A DNA stretch of 64,000 bases from Octopus sinensis. Lineage: Eukaryota. Shown piece after piece: positions 1 to 12,420 of this stretch. How positions within the stretch are numbered: position 1 is the stretch's first letter; every line of letters begins with the position of its first letter. The notes under the pieces were generated by a model. It had not been told where the DNA came from. It worked only from the letters and a program-made list of their open reading frames with translations, and did no database searches. A program made the translations under genes and the position numbers. The stretch spans positions 47,938,464 through 48,002,463 of the forward strand of contig NC_043011.1 of the NCBI RefSeq assembly GCF_006345805.1, read 5' to 3'.

Positions 1-333
1 GTCTTCTACTATAGCCTCGGGCTGACCAAAGCCTTGTGAGTGGATTTGGCAGACAGAAACTGAAAGAAGCCCATCGTATATATATATATATAATATATAT
101 ATATATGTATGTGTGTGTATATGTTTGTGTGTCTGTTTGTCCCTCCAGCATCGCTTGACAACCGATGGTGGTGTGTTTACGTCCCCCGTAACTTAGCAGT
201 TCGGCAAAAGAGACAGATAGAATAAGTACTAGGCATCCAAAGAATAAGTCCTAGGGTCGATTTGCTCGACTAAAGGCAGTGCTCCAGCATGGCCACAGTC
301 AGATGCCTGAAACAAGTAAAAGAGTAAAAGAGA
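1..333 (+). mobile_element. SINE family A/B, 5' end cut by the window edge
   Basis: Matches the body of the full copy at 6300-6711: A segment, internal (TA/TG)n, B segment, AAAAGAGT tail. Confidence 0.85.
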
Positions 334-440
334 GTATCACTTGGAACTGCATGCATATTGCATAGAGTACTGTCTGTCTGAGGTCCTTGTTGTGACTTGA
401 CAAACAGAACAAACCCCTGATACACACAATATCTTCAATC
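334..440 (+). mobile_element. 3' tip of an R4/Dong-like (REL) non-LTR element
   Basis: 334-381 reads VSLGTACILHRVLSV*. The following GGTCCTTGTTGTGACTTGACAAA is identical to 58861-58883, which follows LLGTAHILRKVLSV*. Confidence 0.65.
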
Positions 441-510
441 AACAACCTCATGATACCCTTAAGACCAGGAACTTTTCAGCACCCCTTCGTAGATATGCTT
501 GTTAGTGATG

Positions 511-1026
511 CTTGAGAGATAAGGATCAAGAACTATGTCAGTCCATCCTCACTTAAATATATTTGACCCTTGAGAGATAAGGATCAAGAACCGTGCCACT
601 CCAACCTCACTTATATATATCTGGCCCTTGAGAGATAAGGATCAAGAACTATGCCAGTCCATCCTCACTTATATATATTTGACCCTTGAGGGATAAGGAT
701 CAAGAAATATGTCAGTTCATCCTCCCTTATATATACTTGACCCTTGAGAGATAAGGATCAAGAACTATGCCACTCCATCTTCACTTAAATATATTTGACC
801 CTTGAGAGATAAGGATCAAGTACTATGCCACTCCATACTCACTTATATTTATTTTGCTGCTTGTTTTAATCATTAGAATATGGTCATGCTGGGGCACTGC
901 CTTGAAGAACTTTTAGTGAAATGAATCGAACCCAGTACTTCTGTTTTAAGCCTGTTTCTTATTCTGTTGATTTCTTTTGACCCTTGACAGATAAGGATCA
1001 AGAACTATGCCACTCCATCCTCACTC
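511..1026. repeat. 58-bp minisatellite, 6 units plus 1 displaced unit
   Basis: CTTGAGAGATAAGGATCAAG starts at 511, 569, 627, 685, 743 and 801 (period 58). A seventh unit starts at 983 after about 125 bp of unrelated repeat sequence. Confidence 0.95.
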
Positions 1027-1549
1027 CATTTGGAACAACATGCTTGTGTGAATCTGGATTCAGTTCTTTATTGACAATCAGGACAACATCTAGGAATCAT
1101 CTAAATCCACAGGTCTGCCTGTGGTTCAGAAGCAGCAAGTAAGTTCTACATTTTGCTAAAAGTCATAAATGAAAATCAGGAACAAAGAAATTTATTGTAT
1201 TCTATGTTCACCATTATGACTGATTTTGCTGTTCACAGATTTTTTCTTTCTCCAGTGGTTCAATTTACATTAGTATTTTATGTACCGATTCAAAAAATTT
1301 AACCATTTTCTATTTTTTCTTCTTTTTGTACAGTTCAATCACTCAGAGTATTGTATGCGGTTCAATTAAAAAAAAAAAAGGAGGTATCAGGAAATCGGAT
1401 TTTTTTCATCTTCAAATGTGATATTACTTAGTAGGGGGTAGGAAAATTAATCAAACATTACTTCGGAGTGTGGGGCATAGAAGGGTTTGGCTCCAGTATG
1501 AATTGTAGTAGTGGTGGTGGTGGTGGTGCTAGTGGTGGTGGTGGTGGTG

Positions 1550-1596
<47 letters not shown>

Positions 1597-2404
1597 CTGT
1601 CAGTTACACTACAACTACAAAATGTCATTATGAATCAATAGTAAAAAAAAAATACGTCGGATCTCTCCCAGGTAGTCTTCCTGTTCATGCATGGAAGAAT
1701 ACAACTTTTCTTCTTACTGGAACATTCTCTTTTTATATTTCCGTATTTTTTGTTTTTATTCTGATAGTGTTTCACACTAAGCTATCAACCATCCATCCAT
1801 CTCTCTCTCTCTCTCTCTCTTTCCTTCTCTGTCGTACATGTTCTTCACTGCCTCTTTGATGTCCAAAACTTCCAACCGAGATGGTAATAGTGATCTCTAT
1901 CCATTAGAAAGCTTAGGAAACAAAAGCAGTTGTCAAAATAGAATTATATGATTTTCCTGTTGTTGTTGTTGTTGGTGTTGTTATTATTTAGTAACACCTC
2001 CCACTACTGACATCACCACCAACAACTAACTAGTCAGCCTTGATCTAGCAAAGCGGCTCTCAAAAGAATTCTGACTTAAACCATTCTGTCATGGAGTATC
2101 TATGGCTACATTGAAAGCAGAATATGATTTAACTGAGATTTTTACAACTATTTCTAATAGGAGTTCTTGTTGTTTATCTTCAGATTAACATTAAACCAGT
2201 AGATCTATGATCAAAGATATTCTAACTATGGTCTAAATTAGACAGTATATCTAGAAATAAGTCATGCATCGTCAACTTCCTTTTTAAAACTGTAATGTGT
2301 TATTTAAAGGGGATTTGACTGATGTTTCTAGCAGGTTGAGCAACCATGTGAGAGGCAGGCATTCTTATTGATCTGCAATGCTGTTGTTTTGTCAAAGTTA
2401 GTTC

Positions 2405-2635
2405 TAATTAAAGTATTTCTTTCTACCCGGGTCATACAGACTCTTATGTCCAGTTTCCAATTTCATGAATGCTGATCCATCAAAGGGTTACTCCTTTTTG
2501 TCAGCTGAGCAGACTGGAGCAACAATGAAATGAAGTATTTTTGCTCAAGAACACAATGCATCACATGATCAGGAATCGAAACCAAAATCTTTTCTTCATG
2601 AGTCTAACACCCTAACCACTAAGCCATGCACCTCC
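2405..2635 (-). mobile_element. tRNA-headed SINE (F-type head, different tail)
   Basis: Reverse complement gives GTGCATGGCTTAGTGGTTAGGGTG...GGTTTCGATTCC (A and B boxes), then TGTGTTCTTGAGCAA as in 14152 and 22780. Confidence 0.6.
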
Positions 2636-2974
2636 ATGTTAGTTCTAATTATGCAGACCAATACAGAAAGATGCCCCAGCTGTGAATATCAAATATTTCT
2701 TTTCGGATATAATGTATCTAGGACTATACTATACAAAATTGTGTCTCTACCTGGAAATATTTTGACATTTTACTGGTAGATTTTATAGTTATTTACTTTA
2801 CTCTCTCTCTCCTCTGATTCCTGAAGTAACATCTGGTGTTTTTTATTTTAGCTAAAGCCTTATATGTTTCCAACAAAGATCTGCATGCATGCACACAACA
2901 GCTTCAGACATGTCCTCTGTCTCCTGCTAGATCATCGTATCAGAGCTTTACTCTCATTTGATGTAGCAGCTGTG

Positions 2975-3136
2975 GGCTAGAAGAAGCCTCATAGCATGCC
3001 TCACATCAGATGGCTGAACATGACTGTGGAAGATCTCCAGAGGCTTGTCGTCACCTTGGAGGATGCAGAGGGGCAGGCACAGGACCACCAGTGATGAAGA
3101 GCACTGGTGGACCTGGTCAGCTCTATACATGATGAC
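2975..3136 (+). mobile_element. Decayed RTE-clade LINE ORF2 C-terminus
   Basis: Reads G*KKPHSMPHIRWLNMTVEDLQRLVVTLEDAEGQAQDHQ**RALVDLVSS. This resembles the RTE RPRGRPR.RW.D...EDL...AQDR..WR motif, with CpG-type decay. Confidence 0.6.
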
Positions 3137-3540
3137 GTCTCTGGGACCACTAACTTGGGATGACCCCAGTCTCATTAAGCAAGAGCATGAAGCGAAGCTT
3201 AGTGATTCCAGGTGTCCAATGGCCTAATCATTAGTGTACTGTATTTTTGATATTGAGAATGACATGGGAGTATCTATGACTCGGTGCAGAATAAATATCA
3301 CAAATCATTTCATACATAGAGCATCAGGTTTTCAATTTCCATACAACTGTTTATGTTATTTGCTAATACACATCACTCACAGCTATATATACTCACACGT
3401 AAATACCCACCCAATGGCTTTCATACAATTATCATCTCCCATTTTCTTTCTATTCTCAGTCATGATGGTTCTTTGGAGAAAGCCTCCAACATTTGCTGCC
3501 TGATTTACATTCATTTCCACACTGTACAAGCTAAGCAGAT

Positions 3541-3737
3541 ATTGGTTTCAAATTTTGGCAAGTTTGAAGCGGGTGGGATAAGGTCACTTACATCGACCCC
3601 AGTACTCAACTGGTACTTGTTTTATCAACTCTGAAAGAATGAAAGGCAAAGTTGACTTCAGCAGAAATTGAACTTAGAACGTAGAGATGGACAAAATGCC
3701 ATTAAGCATTTTGCCTGATGTGCTAGCTCGTTGCCTT
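3541..3737 (-). mobile_element. SINE family C (diverged)
   Basis: Reverse complement matches the family C head and the GACTTTGCCTTTCATCC core. Confidence 0.75.
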
Positions 3738-4413
3738 AAACCAGGCAGATATCCAAAACTACTCCTTTCCTCTCCACAAGACTTACAACAATACATTCAT
3801 ATTGAAAACATATAAAACCATCTCTAGCACTTCAAATTAACAAAGCCACCAGACTTAAACTTTTTCCCTCAGCAATACAACTTAGAGTGAGCCTTCATAA
3901 TCACCAAACTCTTTAACTCATTCTCTCTCTCTCTCTCACGATTTATATTCTGATCTTTGGCGACACAATGGTGTCACATTCCCTGGAAGAGCAAGCCAAA
4001 TATCATCTTATTATATTCTTTTCCAGCATCTCAAATGTGATGGAAACGGCCAATATCAAACACCATTATTCTCCATAGACTTGAATCTCTCTCTCCTCTC
4101 TCTTTCTCTCCTCTCTCTTCCTCTCCGCTCTCTTCCTCTCCTCTCACCAGTATGACATTTTGTTTCTCCTCTCTGCTCTTTATATCATTATTGCAATCGT
4201 CTCTGCTTCTTGGACATGACTGGTTTCCATACTACTCTCATTCAGGCACTGGGCTAATCCTGTTGTCTTTTCTTCTCATATCATTCACATTGTATCCACC
4301 GCATCAGGCATTATATTAACCATAAGAATCAGTTGTTTCTTCCTCACAACATTGCACCTATCTTTCCTGCAGCTGCTGCTTACTTGCAACTGTTTTAAGA
4401 AAAATGCTAATTA

Positions 4414-4635
4414 CATCATCATCATCGTTTAGCATCGCTTTCCATGCTGGCATGGGTTGGACAGTTCAACTGGGGTTTGGGAAGCCAGAAGGCTGCACCA
4501 GGCCCAGTCTGATCTGGCAATGTTTCTACAGCTGGATGCCCTTCCTAACGCCAACCCCTCCATGAATGTAGTGGGTGCTTTTTACGTGCCAGACGAGGCT
4601 GGCAAATGGCCATGATTGGATGGTGCTTTTTACGT
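4414..4635 (-). mobile_element. Repeat family D ((GAT)n-tailed, RTE-like 3' end)
   Basis: (CAT)n-CGTTTA...CTACAGCTGGATGCCCTTCCTAACGCCAACC, shared with about 10 other copies in the window. Confidence 0.85.
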
Positions 4636-5656
4636 GCTTTTTACATTGATTATAATTACCAACGAGAGCCTCAAAGGCTGCAAGCACAGCGCCTTTCACT
4701 AAACTGAGCCAACTGAAAAGAGAATATTCCACTTACACTGTATTGATGAAACTAAGGCCATCTTTAAAGATATTTGTCTAAGTTGTGGTATCTTTCAATT
4801 GCTAATTTCTCATCTATGATTTCAGGTCCTGTAAAAGACTGCAGTGCCACTGAAACAGATGGGTTTCTCAGTCCAGGGCGCATAAAAGTGGTATAGCCCA
4901 TTCTGCGAAATGGTAAGAAATCTAAAGACTAAGAATTTTTTGTCTTGCATTTCATTCCCTACTACCAACCTGCTTTCTTATGATAAGGGCATTTCCACGT
5001 TTTCCAGGGCTTCAGGGTTTCACTACAACCCCAGTAGGGTGGCTGATGGGTGCTATACTGTTATGTCACACGTTTGGATGCCTCTACTACTCAATCTTCT
5101 CTACTCTTGACTCTGTTCTCGTCTACTACGACTGCTACTCAACTCGACTCTTCACAGCTGTACTCTCGATGTCTAGGCTTCTCCCTCTATATCAACATAT
5201 TAGGCTAGCCTATTTCATCATCTGGGGGCGTCCACACAATATATACCTTGTCAGAAGGCTACCTGTGATCTTGTCAAGGACTGCTTATTGAGTATTCGCA
5301 TCTAATCTGTATATCTATAGGTCTTTCACCTTTCTGCAATCTGGAGACCCAACGGATAGGAGTTATTATCACCACACCGTATGTGGCACAGTAGGTTTCA
5401 ATGTAGGCCTGCTGAGTTGCAAAGCAAGCTGTTTAACCATGCAGTCATTCGGAGACGTCTCAATCATACCAAATATAATAGTATCAGAGAAACTCTATTT
5501 TGTGTCTACCAAGGAATTGTGTTAATCAGATTAATTCTAAGTAAAGAGATTGATGAAAATAGAAACATCTCTGAGCTGAAATTTGTATCAGGAACACACA
5601 TACACAGAATAGAAGATGTCCATACACAGAGCACAAACATACACAGACAAAGCACA

Positions 5657-5860
5657 TACATGCACGCAGTACATACACAAAGGCATATATACAGACAGGT
5701 ATAACTCCACACAGAAAGAAAGATGCTCACACATGCATATACATACACACATACGCGAACATATACATGCACACAGCACATACACAAAGGAATATATACA
5801 GGTAGGTATAACTCCACACAGAAAGAAAGACGCTCACACATGCATATACATACACACATA
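5657..5860. repeat. Tandem duplication, period about 107 bp, in CA-rich sequence
   Basis: GGTATAACTCCACACAGAAAGAAAGA occurs at 5698 and 5805 with matching flanks. Confidence 0.85.
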
Positions 5861-6299
5861 CACAAACATATTACATATACACATATAATACCAACAATAC
5901 ATATATAATATGAACATACACAGGTACCTACTCACACATAGTACTGACAATATATAAACACAATATCAACCAAATATATACATTCACACACACCAACCTA
6001 TATACAGAAACCAGAGGCGAAAGAGAGGAAGATAGAGAAAAGTCGGAACGGTATGTTAGTAGAATAATAGCTAGCATTAAGTTGCAAACTGTTGGTTACT
6101 ATTTGTTCATTATCTCCTCTAATTACCTCCCTTTTCTTTGAAGAACCAATTCATTTAATTAGTCATTTACAATATAAAAAAGGACAATGAGGAGAACGGC
6201 AGACTGGTACGTTGGATAGTCAGATAGCAGACCACAGATGAAATCACAGTATCAGCTGTTTAAAGTCATGAACGTACACATTTTCTTCTCATATACACA

Positions 6300-6711
6300 G
6301 GAGTGGCTGTGTGGTAAGTAGCTTGTTTACCAACCACATGGTTCCAGGTTCAGTCCCACTGCGTAGCACCTTGGGCAAGTGTCTTCTACTATAGCCTCGG
6401 GCCGACCAAAGCCTTGTGAGTGGATTTGGTAGACGGAAACTGAAAGAAGCCTGTCGTATATATGTATATATATGTATATATGTGTATGTGTGTGTGTCTG
6501 TGTATCTGTGTTTATCCCCCTCCCATATCACTTGACAACAGATGCTGGTGTGTTTACGTCCCCGTCACTTAGCGGTTCGGCAAAAGAGACCGATAGAATA
6601 AGTACTGGGCTTACAAAGAATAAGCCCCCGGGGTCGATTTGCTCGACTAAAGGCGGTGCTCCAGCATGGCCGCAGTCAAATGACTGAAACGAGTAAAAGA
6701 GAGTAAAGAGT
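6300..6711 (+). mobile_element. SINE family A/B, full length
   Basis: tRNA-like A box TGGCTGTGTGG and B box GGTTCAGTCCC, then CCTTGGGCAAGTGTC, internal microsatellite and AAGAGT tail. ATATACAC lies on both flanks as a possible TSD. Confidence 0.9.
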
Positions 6712-7170
6712 ATATACACGTACATAGGCACATGAATATATGCACAAACACACATGCATACTCACACACATGCATACGTGCAACAGATAGGAACATATTC
6801 TGACAAGCATGCGGACACAGATACACAGACAGATACAGACACACCTGCAATTATACACCTCCTCCCCCAACTTAATTATCAGCTCTGTTTAAAATTGATT
6901 GTTTCATCCTTTCTTAATATCTCTTTTTCTACTTTATAAGTTATTTAACTGTATAATTTTTATGCTTTGTTTCTTTTTGTTTTTGTATTTCTTTCTTTTT
7001 TTACAGAAAGTCAAATAAAATATTTGAAACATTCTTCGGTGTTGATAACATCATCATCATCACCACCACCACCACCGCCACCGCCGCCGCCACTGCCACC
7101 ACCACCACCAATACCACCAACACCAACTCTACCACCACCACTACCACAAAAGTAATAATAACAACATCAA

Positions 7171-7291
7171 AGAATACCTTAGGAACGAGAACCTAGTCTC
7201 GAAATTTCCCAAGACACCTGAAGAAGGCTGGAGGGTATATCAACAAACAAGATGAGGACAAATATCCTCCGTCGAATGTAAATAATGTAAA
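7171..7291 (+). mobile_element. Short element with a half hammerhead core (family of 55407-55552)
   Basis: ATACCTTAGGAA...CCCAAGACAC CTGAAGA AGGCTGGAGGGTATATCA...GATGAGGACAAATATCC matches the 55.4-kb copy but lacks its 17-nt GCTGAAACGTGTTAACA segment. Confidence 0.7.
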
Positions 7292-7467
7292 TTATGTCTG
7301 TAAAAGCATGTTAATCATTCCAGCTTAGCCTGAAGTAGAACTTGCTTGTAAAGGGACTCTAAATAACCTCAGCAGAATAAAATTAAGAAGGGCACAAATT
7401 TACACATTTGGAACAATAGTCATGATATTAGTAACTGATTCAAAGAATGGCATAAATGATCTTTTCT

Positions 7468-7631
7468 AATATTGGCAAAGGCCTGAAATTTGTGGGGAAG
7501 TGGGTGGTTGATGAAAGGATGAAAAGCGAAGTCAACCCTCAGTGGAATTTGAACTCAGAACATAAAACCAGGAGAAATGCCGTTAAGCATCTTGTCCAGT
7601 GTGCTACTGATTCTGCCAGCTCGCTGGCTTA
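7468..7631 (-). mobile_element. SINE family C (internally deleted)
   Basis: Family C head and core on the reverse strand. Confidence 0.7.
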
Positions 7632-8381
7632 AGGAGAGCATCAATAATAACCATGCCTATTGATTTAGTCACTTCCAGAATTGTTAATTTTTACCTCCCT
7701 ATATCTCAAACCTTTTGCAGCCTTTTAGATTTTTGCAAAGAACAATAATAGAATACTTAGTAACCATAGATATTATAATGCATACTAGAAAAACCCTACT
7801 ATTTCATAAGGTTTCATAAGAGCAGCATAAGGATGGGAAAATACCCCTGATCCAATAAATGTTTTTTTCCCTTTTTTTAATGCAAATATAGAATTATATG
7901 CTAGTACACATATATATGTAATTAAATAGGATGCTACGTTTTAGATGTACTTACTTAGAAATCTACCATGATAGATTTTGAGGGGTTTTATCTAAAAGTA
8001 CAACTAATCATATATTAGACAACAAATTGATGAAAGTCCTCAGCCTTAGTACTTCCAGCCTTAAAATAACTATAACAACTAACTTACTATTTATTTTCTT
8101 GATGTTGCATTAAATTTAAGAGCTTCCACAAATCTTTCAATAACTGATATATATATATATATATATATATTATGTGAAATAGAAAGATGAATAATCTTGT
8201 AGTAGATTAATCAAAAGTTTAACCGATACCTTAGTAGCAAAAATCACAGCAGTGAACAGCACGGTTGGAGGTACAACCATCTGGCGTTGCAACCGTGCGT
8301 TGATGCGGATAATTGAAATTAAAACATTATTGGTGAATTGAAGAAATGGAGCTGAACGCAGATTGAACAGAAATCGTTTTA

Positions 8382-8470
8382 TTTCATTCTACACGTGTTT
8401 CGAAAGGCACAAATTACCAAAATCCGATTGAATAATGGGACCATATTGTGTCTTTCTCTTCAGGAAGAAA
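8382..8470 (-). ncRNA. Type I hammerhead ribozyme (left arm)
   Basis: Reverse complement reads TTTCTTC-CTGAAGA-GAAAGACACAA..TTGTGCCTTTC-GAAAC-ACGT-GTA-GAATGAAA. Confidence 0.8.
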
Positions 8471-8645
8471 AAAGGAAATCCGTTGGAAAAACAAAAACAG
8501 AACAGAGGCAGAGCAAAAAAACAAATCGAACTGTGCTCCTAAGAGCCCATGGCGAAACAGTTTCGCCATGGGCTCTTAGGAGCACAGTTGATTTGTTTTT
8601 TGCTCTGCCTCTGTTCTGTTTTTGTTTTTCCAACGGATTTCCTTT

Positions 8646-8734
8646 TTTCTTCCTGAAGAGAAAGACACAATATGGTCCCATTATTCAATCGGATTTTGGT
8701 AATTTGTGCCTTTCGAAACACGTGTAGAATGAAA
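8646..8734 (+). ncRNA. Type I hammerhead ribozyme (right arm)
   Basis: Stem I 8646-8652 pairs with 8727-8734 (one bulge). CTGAAGA is 8653-8659. Stem II 8660-8670/8704-8714 pairs 10 of 11 and closes with G-C. GAAAC is 8715-8719, stem III is the palindrome ACACGTGT, and the predicted GUA cleavage is after 8726. Confidence 0.8.
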
Positions 8735-8792
8735 TAAAACGATTTCTGTTCAATCTGCGTTCAGCTCCATTTCTTCAATTCACCAATAATGT

Positions 8793-8835
<43 letters not shown>

Positions 8836-8859
8836 TACATTCATACATACATACATACA

Positions 8860-8894
<35 letters not shown>

Positions 8895-8911
8895 CTAAAT
8901 AGATATATAAT

Positions 8912-8944
<33 letters not shown>

Positions 8945-9825
8945 GTATATACATATTTATATATACACATATATATATATATACATACACACACACATAT
9001 ACATATATTTATATACATATACATACATTTGTTTATATATTGATATGTTGTGTGTGAGAGAGAGAGAGAAAGGAAAAATATATTTATATGCATGTATGTG
9101 TGTAGAGATAGAAAGTGAAAGAAGGAGAGTTGTTGACAGTCCTTCTTTTGTGTTGTAGCCATTATTTACAGGATAACTCTTTTTCCTCTATATTTCCTTT
9201 TATTTATTTATTTATTTTATTTATATTTATTTTCTTTTTTTTTCTTCTTCTTCTTCTTTTAGCCAACTTCATTCCTGCTTTTACAGTCTCAATTCCTGAA
9301 GCAGTGCTAAACAGTCGTCTATTCACTCCTATAATCTAAACTATTTCTCACTTCCCCAATTTCACCACGCCATTCCCTCTTCCTAACGCTCTGTGTGTCT
9401 CATGGATTAAATTGAATTGTATAAGCCGGATTCTAAATATTAGTTGAGGAGAATGGAACCGCTAGAAAACATCAATATACAATGACAGCCAACAAAGCAT
9501 GAGAATCGAAGACACACTTTCATAAAATCTCATGCAATTCTAATAGGAAATTTAGGAACAGTGAAAAATTTCAAAGCTGCCATTAAACAGTTACTTTACC
9601 AGTGAAATAAACTTATAAATTTGTCTACACTAATAAGTTCTGTTACATACTTTATACTGTGACAGCTGATTGACATTACTAAACTGCTATTTTGAGCAAG
9701 CAATTTTTTGTTTTATTTTTCTTCTTATTTCATCGGGGTTCACTTAATTGTGTTCATTGAATTTCCTTTCTGTTAATTGAATGAAACATTTCCATGAAAT
9801 TTTTAGCATCAGCTGTGTGGTGACA

Positions 9826-10135
9826 TGGGAGTTGAGTGTAGAATGATCTGTCTGCATTGGTGCACAAACGAAGTGGACCGAGCTGGATATCAGATGTCTA
9901 TGCATTGGTTAATGTACAAGTGAGATTGAGTGCGAGTGAATTTAGAAAGTGGTTTGGTATGGAATCAATCGGCTTTTGTGAAAGAAGAATGCATGCATTG
10001 CTGTGTAGCACAACTGACATTTAATGTGAATGGATAACTGGTAGCGGATGAAAAAAAGTGAAGTGCTGGATTGTAGATGATACCAGTGATAACAAAAGAC
10101 CATTGAGGAAACTAGATAGGATTGGCATGGTCGAA
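9826..10135 (+). mobile_element. Highly decayed RTE-like ORF2 3' region
   Basis: Broken frames resemble RTE motifs: WISDVYALVNVQVRLSASEFRKWFGMESI and VKCWIVDDTSDNKRPLRK. Confidence 0.4.
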
Positions 10136-11211
10136 TCCAATAATGTGGGACATCAGAATTACTTTGAAGCCATTAGATTATACTTTGAGTTCAAATGTCC
10201 AATGAAGATATAACTTATGAATGCATGTAATAACAAAAGATTATGTAGGACATGATCAAAGGGAACAGACATGTGGTGTTACTGATCAACCCAATAGATA
10301 TACCAGATCAGGACAGGAAAATCTTGCTACTGGTACCATGTAACCCAGGACTACCTGTCTCAATGGTCAGGTGGTCAACGACTAAACTGGCTCCCCCACC
10401 TGGCTTGCCAGGTGAGGTGGGTGTTGTGGACACTATGCAGGACTACAAACAAGACCTGTCAAAGGATGAATGAGTTAAATGTGAGCCAATGACCATCCAC
10501 ATAAGCGGTGTGATGTGAAAACATCCTGTACATGGACTGGCAAATCATAAATCCAGTCCAAGATCATAGCCATGGAAACTCCAGAACCTACTGTGTTCTT
10601 AGGTTGGAATTGATGTCCATGAATGATGTGGCATAGAGAAAAAACAAAAAAGAAAACAGATGTATCTTGGATAAATAGATATTGAATTGTTAACACTCAT
10701 GATGGTGATGTCTTAAAATAAAGGCATGTGTAATCAAGTCGATAGATGTGACCTTTTCTATCAACAAAAATACTTAGATAAACATGACTCAATGTTTTTT
10801 TCACCTGTCAAGAAACAAGTACCATTAGAATGTGCAACTCAGTGAGGGTGACATGTTTTATTTAACAATTGTTTAAGTGTTTGATTAAATAAAGGTAGTG
10901 AGCTAAACTTTTGTAATAGGTAGGAGTAAAAATGACCATCCAACTACATCATCCTTTCAAAATCTGTGTAAGCTGTATGCCCCTGGGTAATCCTACTGCT
11001 AAGAAAAATAATACATGGTTTGTTTCAGTTAGCTTTGAAAATAATTAACAGTTTTGTGGGTCTTAATAAAATAGACATTATTATTAATTAAATTGGGATT
11101 AAAGGTGTTGAGCTGGCAGAATTGTTTGCATGCTAGGCAAAATACTTAGCATCATTTGTCTGTCTTTAAGTTTTAAATTAAAATTTGGCTGCAGGGTTGA
11201 TTAAAGAAGTA

Positions 11212-11406
11212 TCATTTGACTGTGGCCATGCTGGAGCACCACCTTTAGTTGAGCAAATCAACCCCAGGACTTATTCTTTGTAAGCCTAGTACTTATTCTA
11301 TCGGTCTCTTTTGCAGAACCGCTAGGTTACAGGGATGTAAACACACCGGCATCGGTTGTCAAGCGATGTTGGAGGGGACAAACACAGACACACAAACATA
11401 TACACG

Positions 11407-11448
<42 letters not shown>

Positions 11449-11534
11449 CATATATACGACAGGCTTCTTTCAGTTTCCGTCTACCAAATCCACTCACAAG
11501 GTTTTGGTTGGCCTGAGGCTATAGTAGAAGACAC
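11212..11534 (-). mobile_element. SINE family A/B, head truncated
   Basis: B segment, microsatellite and partial A segment on the reverse strand. Confidence 0.85.
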
Positions 11535-11621
11535 CTCTTCAAACCACTCATCTACATACATGTAAGAGGACATTTATGGTGGTGCTGTGTTTATCAGACA
11601 GCTGAAAGCTTGGAATATTCT

Positions 11622-11836
11622 TTTCTATTCTAGGTACAAGGCCAGAAATTTTTTTTGGGGGAGGGGCCAGTCGATTAGATTGACCCCGGTAAAAAACTGA
11701 TACTTAATTTATCGACCATGAAAAGAAGATGGGCAAAGTTGACATCGGTGGAATTTAAACACAGAACACAAAGACAGATGAAATACTGCTAAGCATTTTG
11801 CCCGGCGTGCTAATGTTTCTTCCTGCTTGCTACCTT
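11622..11836 (-). mobile_element. SINE family C
   Basis: Family C head and core on the reverse strand. Confidence 0.8.
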
Positions 11837-12096
11837 TGAAAGGTTGGAATATTGTGATGCAGTTGGCATTGCTGTTGTTTAGCCTTTGATCAACTTTAAT
11901 CCCTGCTGTGATGATCCTGTATTTTTTTTCAGTCAGTCTATTTAGGATTGTATTTCCAACCTATTCTTTTTCCTTGTAAACGGTGGAGTGAAGCTTAAGT
12001 GGCATGTAGTCGTTTCTTGGTCACAAATCAGTTGTAGTCTACTAGATCATTGATTAAAGGTATCACTGAGACACGTTTATCACTGTGACAGCCAGT

Positions 12097-12420
12097 CATC
12101 ATCATCATCATCATCACCATCATCATCATCGTTTAACGTCCATTTTCCATAATGGCATGGGTTGGACGGTTTGACTGAGGTCTGAAAAGCCAGCAGCTGC
12201 ACCAGGCTCTAAATCTGATCTGGCAGTGTTTCTACAAATGGATGCCCTTCATAATGTCAACCACTCCGAGAGTGTAGTGGGTGCTTTTTACATGCCACTG
12301 GCACACAAGCCAGTTAGGCGGGCCTGGCATCGATCACATTCAGATAGTGCTTTTTACAGGCCACCAGCATGAGAGCCAGTCAGAGGGCACTGGCATCGAC
12401 CATGTTTGGTTGGTGCTTTT
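12097..12420 (-). mobile_element. Repeat family D
   Basis: (CAT)n tail, GATGCCCTTC motif and internal GGTGCTTTTTAC sub-repeats. Confidence 0.85.

Larger units (their letters stand above)
8171..8793. mobile_element. (TA)n-embedded fold-back element, Penelope-like pLTR or retrozyme-like
   Basis: (TA)n on both sides. Arms 8323-8558 and 8560-8793 are inverted copies differing by two 1-bp indels. The ORF track shows the same 42-aa N-terminus on both strands. Confidence 0.8.

Noticed and set aside
511-860. CRISPR-like periodic array
   Set aside because: The entire 58-bp unit repeats with no unique spacers, the context is eukaryotic, and there are no cas genes.
6289-6687. Recurrent peptides such as RQASFSFRLPNPLTRLWSARGYSRRHLPK
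   Set aside because: They are translations of SINE A/B copies, not a gene family.
8395-8727. Mirror-image ORFs on both strands (110 aa and 60 aa)
   Set aside because: They are a by-product of the palindrome, and the peptide has no recognisable motif.
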